DNA of 22,605 bases, taken from contig JAEORO010000021.1 in the NCBI GenBank assembly GCA_016840855.1, forward strand, positions 1-22,605. Direction: 5' to 3'. Positions 17,312 through 22,605 of the stretch are shown here, one piece after another. Below the pieces are notes generated by a model. The model did not search any database. It was not told the origin of the DNA and saw only the letters and a program-made list of their open reading frames with translations. Source of the DNA: Candidatus Thorarchaeota archaeon (GTDB lineage Archaea; Asgardarchaeota; Thorarchaeia; Thorarchaeales; Thorarchaeaceae). How positions within the stretch are numbered: position 1 is the first letter of the stretch; every line of letters starts with the position of its first letter. The position numbers and the translations under genes are program-made.

Positions 17312-17643
17312 CCTTCTGAACCTCCAACAGGGAGTGAGTCTCCAATTGAGTCTGAAGTACGCACCATCTCGATACACTTCTTGGGGCATACCTCAGCGCA
17401 TATGCCACAACCTTTGCAATAGTCGAAATCCCATACGGGATAATCGTCTTCGCCTATACTGATAACGGCCTCAGGGCAATGAAGCCAGCATGTGCGACAC
17501 CTATTACACTCTTCATAGTTGACTATGGGATCAAAAGTCCGCCAGCTCCCGGTCTTACCAGTAGCCCCAATAGTGGGTTTAGAGTAAGATGTCTTTGGCA
17601 TGTCCTTCTTGCCTGTTGGCTCGGTATTTACCTCGTTCACCAA
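17308..17643 (-). CDS. porD: 2-oxoacid:ferredoxin oxidoreductase delta subunit (2x[4Fe-4S] ferredoxin-like)
   Basis: KTGSWRTFDP, CNRCRTCWLHCP, DYCKGCGICAEVCP. Start uncertain: TTG17643 or ATG17601. Confidence 0.92.
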   Translation of the reverse strand: MVNEVNTEPTGKKDMPKTSYSKPTIGATGKTGSWRTFDPIVNYEECNRCRTCWLHCPEAVISIGEDDYPVWDFDYCKGCGICAEVCPKKCIEMVRTSDSIGDSLPVGGSEG

Positions 17644-17772
17644 AAGGATACACTTCCAGTGTGAAACGTCATCAGCTCGTCCGGAGGACAGACAATTAAG
17701 GGTTATGATGTAGGTTTATTCTTGATTCGGTTGCCTTATCTAGTAGTCAACTCACAAGCGATTTGATGTATT

Positions 17773-18576
17773 ATGGAATTCTCAATGACATTGGTTCAGA
17801 TGCCCTGCGTTGAAGGAAACCGAGAGCACAATTTTTCGAAAGCTAAACTACTTCTTGAGCAGTATAAACCCGGGAAAGGAGTTCGATTTATTCAATTTCC
17901 CGAGCTGTTTGCGATTGGCTTTCGTCATGAGGATTATCATAAGGAAGGATCAGGAGTCCCGGGTCCAACAACGGATTTCTTGACAGCTATAGCTGAGAAA
18001 TATGAAGCTTATGCCATCGGAACAGGGATTGAGAGTATTAACGACAAGTTCTACAACACGCTAGTACTGGCAAAACCAGATGGTAATGTTCAAGGGACGT
18101 ATAGGAAGATTCACCCATTCCAAGAGGAACGAGAAGTTTTCAAGGGGGGAAACACAATGGCGATTTTTGATTGTTCAGGAATTATGGTTGGAGTTCAAAT
18201 ATGCTATGACATCAGATTTCCTGAAATAACTAGAAAGCTAGCACTGGAAGGCGCAGATCTTGTTTTAGTTCCTGCTGCATTCCCTGATCCCCGTAGTGAG
18301 CATTGGAACACACTTGTGAGGGCAAGGGCAATAGAAAATCAACTCTATGTTGCTGCAACAAATAGAATCGGATTCGGATTTGACGGGAAGACTTACTTCG
18401 GTCATAGCCAGGTCGTTGACCCGTGGGGTGTTGTTCTTAGTAGAAGGAATTCAGAGGAACGTTTGCTGACAACTCAGGGTGACACTAAAATGATAGAGTC
18501 TGTGAGATCAGAGATTACCTGTTATGCGGACATCGCGCCAATGGGTTATAGCAAAATCCAACGATTCAAATCATGA
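17773..18576 (+). CDS. Carbon-nitrogen hydrolase (nitrilase superfamily; omega-amidase/Nit-like)
   Basis: Glu-Lys-Cys triad motifs FPELF, YRKIH and ICYDIRFPE, plus RARAIENQ and GHSQVVDPWG. Confidence 0.92.
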   Translation: MEFSMTLVQMPCVEGNREHNFSKAKLLLEQYKPGKGVRFIQFPELFAIGFRHEDYHKEGSGVPGPTTDFLTAIAEKYEAYAIGTGIESINDKFYNTLVLAKPDGNVQGTYRKIHPFQEEREVFKGGNTMAIFDCSGIMVGVQICYDIRFPEITRKLALEGADLVLVPAAFPDPRSEHWNTLVRARAIENQLYVAATNRIGFGFDGKTYFGHSQVVDPWGVVLSRRNSEERLLTTQGDTKMIESVRSEITCYADIAPMGYSKIQRFKS

Positions 18577-18638
18577 AACAAAGAACACAAGCGTTAAGTG
18601 AAGGTCACAGGTAGAGTATTGCACTGGAGGATCAAAGT

Positions 18639-19148
18639 ATGAATCAGACAGACCTTATCAAAGATGCAGTACGAGATTGGTTCTCACGTGAAGGAACAAA
18701 AGTGGAATCTATTTCAAATCCACGAGCTGAGTTTCTATTCAAAGTTAAGTTCCACCGATTTTTCTTTACAGTCGTACGACCAAATGATCAGAGATACCTC
18801 CAGATTGAGTCACAGGTCATGATCTCTCCGCAACATCAGAAGCTCCTCACTGTTGAAAAAATGCGAACATTTCAGGTGCAAGCAATGAAGTTTAGCTTTC
18901 AGGAGGGACTCACTATGGGATTCATTCAGCCACGACCTGGACAACCTGGGCCACAACCTCCAGGGCCGGGATTCGTCATCTCAGACAGGATATACGACGA
19001 TGCCTTTAGCGAGAACAGATTGTGGAAGACCATGAGAAAGCTACATGGTGCAATTGATATGGTCATCACTCTTCTAAATGAGGTCACAGGACAGCCAGGA
19101 CCGAAGCCTGAAGAGTCGACTGATGCTGGTCCATCATATTATACATAA
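18639..19148 (+). CDS. DUF2299-like archaeal protein with a Pro/Gly-rich insertion
   Basis: GGAGG SD. VRDWFSREG, VVRP, ISPQHQKLL and RIYDDAFS resemble the DUF2299 pattern as I recall it. CDS secure; family call moderate. Confidence 0.65.
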   Translation: MNQTDLIKDAVRDWFSREGTKVESISNPRAEFLFKVKFHRFFFTVVRPNDQRYLQIESQVMISPQHQKLLTVEKMRTFQVQAMKFSFQEGLTMGFIQPRPGQPGPQPPGPGFVISDRIYDDAFSENRLWKTMRKLHGAIDMVITLLNEVTGQPGPKPEESTDAGPSYYT

Positions 19149-19277
19149 TTGCGACGAGCTTTATCATTTTTCGAAGAGGATACATAGTAGCTCTCTTTTT
19201 CAAACCAGAGGAAATAAGATTAGGGTAGCTGAAGCAGTCCAATAGCTGTCCCGCCATTTGTTGCGGAGTGTGTTCGT

Positions 19278-22200
19278 ATGAGAAAGCACATAGTTGTACT
19301 AATACTTGTGATTTTGGTACTTTCAGCTGTGCAAGATGTAGATAATCCAAAAAGATCACTTAATCAGTTGAATGAGCAAAATATCTCACATAGTGTTCTA
19401 GGTAGTACAGCATCAGCCTCAGGAAGAGGTAATAGCCATGTTGCCACCATGTTTTTTGATCGAACAATATCAGAACAAGAAATAGAGATTTTCAACACTT
19501 ATAGGAACACAGTCACCCATAGTGTAGATCTAGACCTTTCACCATACCTGATATCAGGTTGGAGGTTATCCAATGTACAAATAATAACTTCAGGCATTAG
19601 TGCTGCGTTGGAAAGAGAAGTTGTTGCGGATACATTTGAAAATTTGGACTTTAGTATTGCCAAAATCAGTGGTACATTCTATCCCCAAATCGCCCAAGGT
19701 TTCTATAATTTTCCACACGATGGAGTTTTAGTTAATTACTCGATTTATTATAGTACTGCATTATATGATCCCGATCTTCGAGGTAACGCATCATTTGTCG
19801 TTAGAAGAGGTAATGCAATCGAAACGGCATCAGATATAACAACACATGTTAATATGACTGCTTCAGATGCTGTGCCATCATGGGCAGTATTGGGGGGCGA
19901 GAATGCATTATTATATGCAAACACGCTCCATTGGGCAGTGATTGATGGTTCGTTGCTTCAAGAATTTGCTAGTTATTATCCATACATCTATTGGATGTCT
20001 GAGGATGGAGCTGGAATATATCCATCAAAACGAAAAGGTACTACTCTCTGGAATACATATAATTTGGAGGCCTTAATGAACTATACTTACATTCCATGGA
20101 ATCAAACTGCAGGTGCACCATTGACTTATTCATCACCTCAACAAGTTGATCTTAAATGTAATGCGTCAACTATCACATCGTTGAGCTTCGATTTCTTTTC
20201 ATCCACAAAGAATATCACAAGCATCTCATTTGACACCAATCAATCCGTTTATTTCAACTATAATATGACTCTCTCGTATGTAAGGGAAACCACAGCTTTG
20301 GCTTCATGGGAGGTCGAATCCTCAGGAAATCAAGTTGATTGGAATGTAACATTTAACGCATCTTATCCAAGCGTATCAGGACAGGTTTCAAGATATCTTA
20401 ACTGCTCAAAGGCAACTAGTTGGACAATCACTGGCCTCTATGAGAGTGCAGCTCCTTCAACTAATCACAGTGACTATTCAATTCAGGGTACAATAGTACG
20501 ATGCGCAAGTATGACAAATGGTACATGGCGATTCGAAGCTACATCCCACAATCATCTTTCAACAGTTAACACGTATAATTCATCAGACGATGCTGAACTC
20601 ATTCGATTCGCCTCGATTCTTGTCGATATTGATGTTAACTTGACAATATTGGAGGATGACTCAGATCCAGTTAAGACAGGGTTGGCAAATCTTACTATCG
20701 TTAAAAGTGATTCAGTGGTATGGGCTCCAACCAACAAGAGTGTAATTGATGGAAAAGTGAATTATTTATGGAACATTGACGCGACAACCTCAGAAAATGG
20801 TGCGTTTATTCTAGAAGTTTCTTGGTCAAATGGCACAGATGCAGGCTATTTGAGTAAAGAAATTATTGTTTTCTTCCCCACATTATTGACAACTTCCACA
20901 CCAAGTATTGATGCCTTTACAGAGAGCATTTTTGACTTAATTGTATACTTTGAGGACACATTTACACCGCAAGGGCTTGATGGAGCCAATGCTATTGTTG
21001 CCTATTCATTTGATGGGGGAACGAATACGAGTATGGTTGACCACAATAATGGGACTTGGACTGCAACAATCTCCACTGCTGGCAAGACTAATGGAACGTA
21101 TTCAGTCCAAGTCTATGCACAGGGCTACGCATTGGAAAATCATAGCATTACGATAGACGTGATTCTAATTCATGATACGCAGCCATTGGTTATAGAATGG
21201 TCAGATGGTTCGGATATTAGCTATGTCCAGACAACAACACTCTATGTCGACTATTTGGTGGCTGGTGGTTCACCAATACCGAAAGCATTAGTTAATGTAT
21301 CAATAGATGATCAGTCTTGGCTGCTTCATTGGAACAGCATAAGTGAAAGATACTGGATTTGCTTCAATGGTACAGATACCACACCAGGTTTTGGTAATCA
21401 TTCTCTCACCATTGAAGCTTGGAAATATGGGTACAAATATCAAATAGACAACGAATACAACTTGACCATAAGTAGAGAACAAACATCTCTTGATATATTA
21501 TGGGACACAAGTAACATTATCACATATGTTGGAAGTACCACACTCATAGCTAACTATACAATGTCAAATGGATCCGCAGTTGTTGGAGCTGAAGTAAATG
21601 TCACAATAGGTACAGGCATCTGGAATATGACTTGGAATGATTTGACAAAAGTATATGAATTAGTGATTCTTGGTAATGATACGAAACTTGGTCTTGATGG
21701 ATTCTCTGTTTTTGTTTTTGCAGGGAAGATAGGATATGTAAATGCCACTAAAGCCGAAACTCTGACAATAAATCCCGAACCCACATCCTTAATGATAAGC
21801 TGGTCTGATGGGAAAAATATAACATATATCGAAACAACGACTCTCTTTGTTACGTATAGAATGAGTGATACAACGCCCATTATTAATGCAATTCTTGTTG
21901 TAACAATTATGGGTGAAACATATGATATGTTCCAGTATAACGAAACCTCATACCGATTGACATTCAACGGAACAGATATTCCACAAGGTTTTGCTACATT
22001 CAATCTGGAAATTGCAGCTCACAAGTATGGTTTTGAAAACAGCTCAAACACCAACCACTGGATTACATTGAGAGAAGAGCCTACATCGATTGAAATCTCA
22101 TGGAGCAATGGTGATAATATCACCTTTGTGCAGTCAACAATTCTTTCAATCAATTTCACTATGAGCAATGGCTATCCAGTCCTAGGAGCAAATGTTACTG

Positions 22201-22605
22201 CAACAATCGGTTTGGATTCATTGTTCTTGGACTATGATGAAATCTCGAAAACCTACAGAGTACTATTCCTTGGAACTGATGAGCCACCAGGAATAGGAGT
22301 ACATGACCTCGAACTATCAGCTTTGGCATATGGATTTGAAAACAAGACTGACATATGGCTAGTATTTACTATAAATCCAGAACTAACTACATTGGATATT
22401 AGCTGGAACCCAGATGACGACATAACTTTTGCAAGCTACTCAATACTTTCTGTCAATTATCAGATGAGCAATGGAACAACAATAATTGGCGCAAATGTCA
22501 ATATGACCATTGGTGACGACTTCTGGGAGATTCAATGGAATGAAACCAGTAAGCTGTATCAGATTAGAATCAATGGCAGTGATTTACCTCCGGGTTTTGG
22601 CAATC
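19278..22605 (+). CDS. Large secreted surface glycoprotein with tandem ~100-aa Ig-like repeats (partial, at least 1109 codons; not in the ORF track)
   Basis: Manual translation from ATG19278 (GGAGTG upstream): MRKHIVVLILVILVLSAVQD signal-like N-terminus; no stop found to the window end; S/T/N/aromatic-rich with very many N-x-S/T sequons. Confidence 0.9.
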   Translation, partial: MRKHIVVLILVILVLSAVQDVDNPKRSLNQLNEQNISHSVLGSTASASGRGNSHVATMFFDRTISEQEIEIFNTYRNTVTHSVDLDLSPYLISGWRLSNVQIITSGISAALEREVVADTFENLDFSIAKISGTFYPQIAQGFYNFPHDGVLVNYSIYYSTALYDPDLRGNASFVVRRGNAIETASDITTHVNMTASDAVPSWAVLGGENALLYANTLHWAVIDGSLLQEFASYYPYIYWMSEDGAGIYPSKRKGTTLWNTYNLEALMNYTYIPWNQTAGAPLTYSSPQQVDLKCNASTITSLSFDFFSSTKNITSISFDTNQSVYFNYNMTLSYVRETTALASWEVESSGNQVDWNVTFNASYPSVSGQVSRYLNCSKATSWTITGLYESAAPSTNHSDYSIQGTIVRCASMTNGTWRFEATSHNHLSTVNTYNSSDDAELIRFASILVDIDVNLTILEDDSDPVKTGLANLTIVKSDSVVWAPTNKSVIDGKVNYLWNIDATTSENGAFILEVSWSNGTDAGYLSKEIIVFFPTLLTTSTPSIDAFTESIFDLIVYFEDTFTPQGLDGANAIVAYSFDGGTNTSMVDHNNGTWTATISTAGKTNGTYSVQVYAQGYALENHSITIDVILIHDTQPLVIEWSDGSDISYVQTTTLYVDYLVAGGSPIPKALVNVSIDDQSWLLHWNSISERYWICFNGTDTTPGFGNHSLTIEAWKYGYKYQIDNEYNLTISREQTSLDILWDTSNIITYVGSTTLIANYTMSNGSAVVGAEVNVTIGTGIWNMTWNDLTKVYELVILGNDTKLGLDGFSVFVFAGKIGYVNATKAETLTINPEPTSLMISWSDGKNITYIETTTLFVTYRMSDTTPIINAILVVTIMGETYDMFQYNETSYRLTFNGTDIPQGFATFNLEIAAHKYGFENSSNTNHWITLREEPTSIEISWSNGDNITFVQSTILSINFTMSNGYPVLGANVTATIGLDSLFLDYDEISKTYRVLFLGTDEPPGIGVHDLELSALAYGFENKTDIWLVFTINPELTTLDISWNPDDDITFASYSILSVNYQMSNGTTIIGANVNMTIGDDFWEIQWNETSKLYQIRINGSDLPPGFGN
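21177..22605 (+). repeat. Coding tandem repeat of 100-101 aa, at least five copies
   Basis: Conserved Trp codons at 21198, 21501, 21801, 22101 and 22404 (spacing 303/300/300/303). Approximate consensus EPTSLxISWSxGxxITY...YxMSNG.P..GAxVxxTIG...Y....GTD...G......A...G(Y/F). Confidence 0.85.

Noticed and set aside
17312-17389. N-terminal extension of porA given by the track
   Set aside because: It overlaps the conserved porD C-terminus; ATG17311 gives the usual ATGA coupling.
19149-19277. Possible small RNA or strong hairpin terminator in the spacer before the surface protein
   Set aside because: Only a weak AGAG/CTCT stem and short T runs; no tRNA cloverleaf or clear C/D boxes seen.
759-22003. 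Short alternative-frame and antisense ORFs in the track (e.g. 961-1284, 3772-4098, 8268-8777, 13935-14420, 19084-19359, 21554-22003)
   Set aside because: They lie wholly or largely within better-supported genes, or overlap their ends, and show no recognisable motifs; treated as shadow ORFs.
1-22605. Mobile element, provirus or defence island
   Set aside because: No integrase, transposase, terminal repeats or nuclease/ATPase motifs recognised, and no obvious compositional break; housekeeping-type genes are interspersed throughout.

Overview
Gene-dense archaeal chromosomal window, most likely from an Asgard archaeon (Thorarchaeota-like). This lineage call is an inference from GGTGA ribosome-binding sites, DUF2070/DUF2299-type genes, a delta-alpha-beta 2-oxoacid:ferredoxin oxidoreductase operon and a huge sequon-rich surface protein. 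Left to right: the 5' end of a PadR-family regulator missed by the ORF track, with three TATCG-N4-CGATA boxes over its promoter; DUF2070 membrane hydrolase; ubiX; two tandem paralogues each built from eight CxxC-x21-Cx2/3H metal-ribbon repeats fused to an adaptin/coatomer appendage (ear)-like module and a terminal Zn ribbon; a 4-TM protein; an HD-family dNTPase homologue lacking its catalytic motifs; an inactive/active pair of membrane-anchored M28 peptidases with DxDxDG repeats; two coupled hypothetical genes; porB/porA/porD without porG; a nitrilase-family amidase; a DUF2299-like protein; and a >1100-aa secreted protein with 100-aa repeats that runs off the window (also missed by the track). 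The most novel-looking element is the pair of repeat-plus-ear proteins and their co-oriented neighbours. No RNA genes, CRISPR arrays or mobile elements were recognised. All family calls come from reading motifs by eye, not from database searches.
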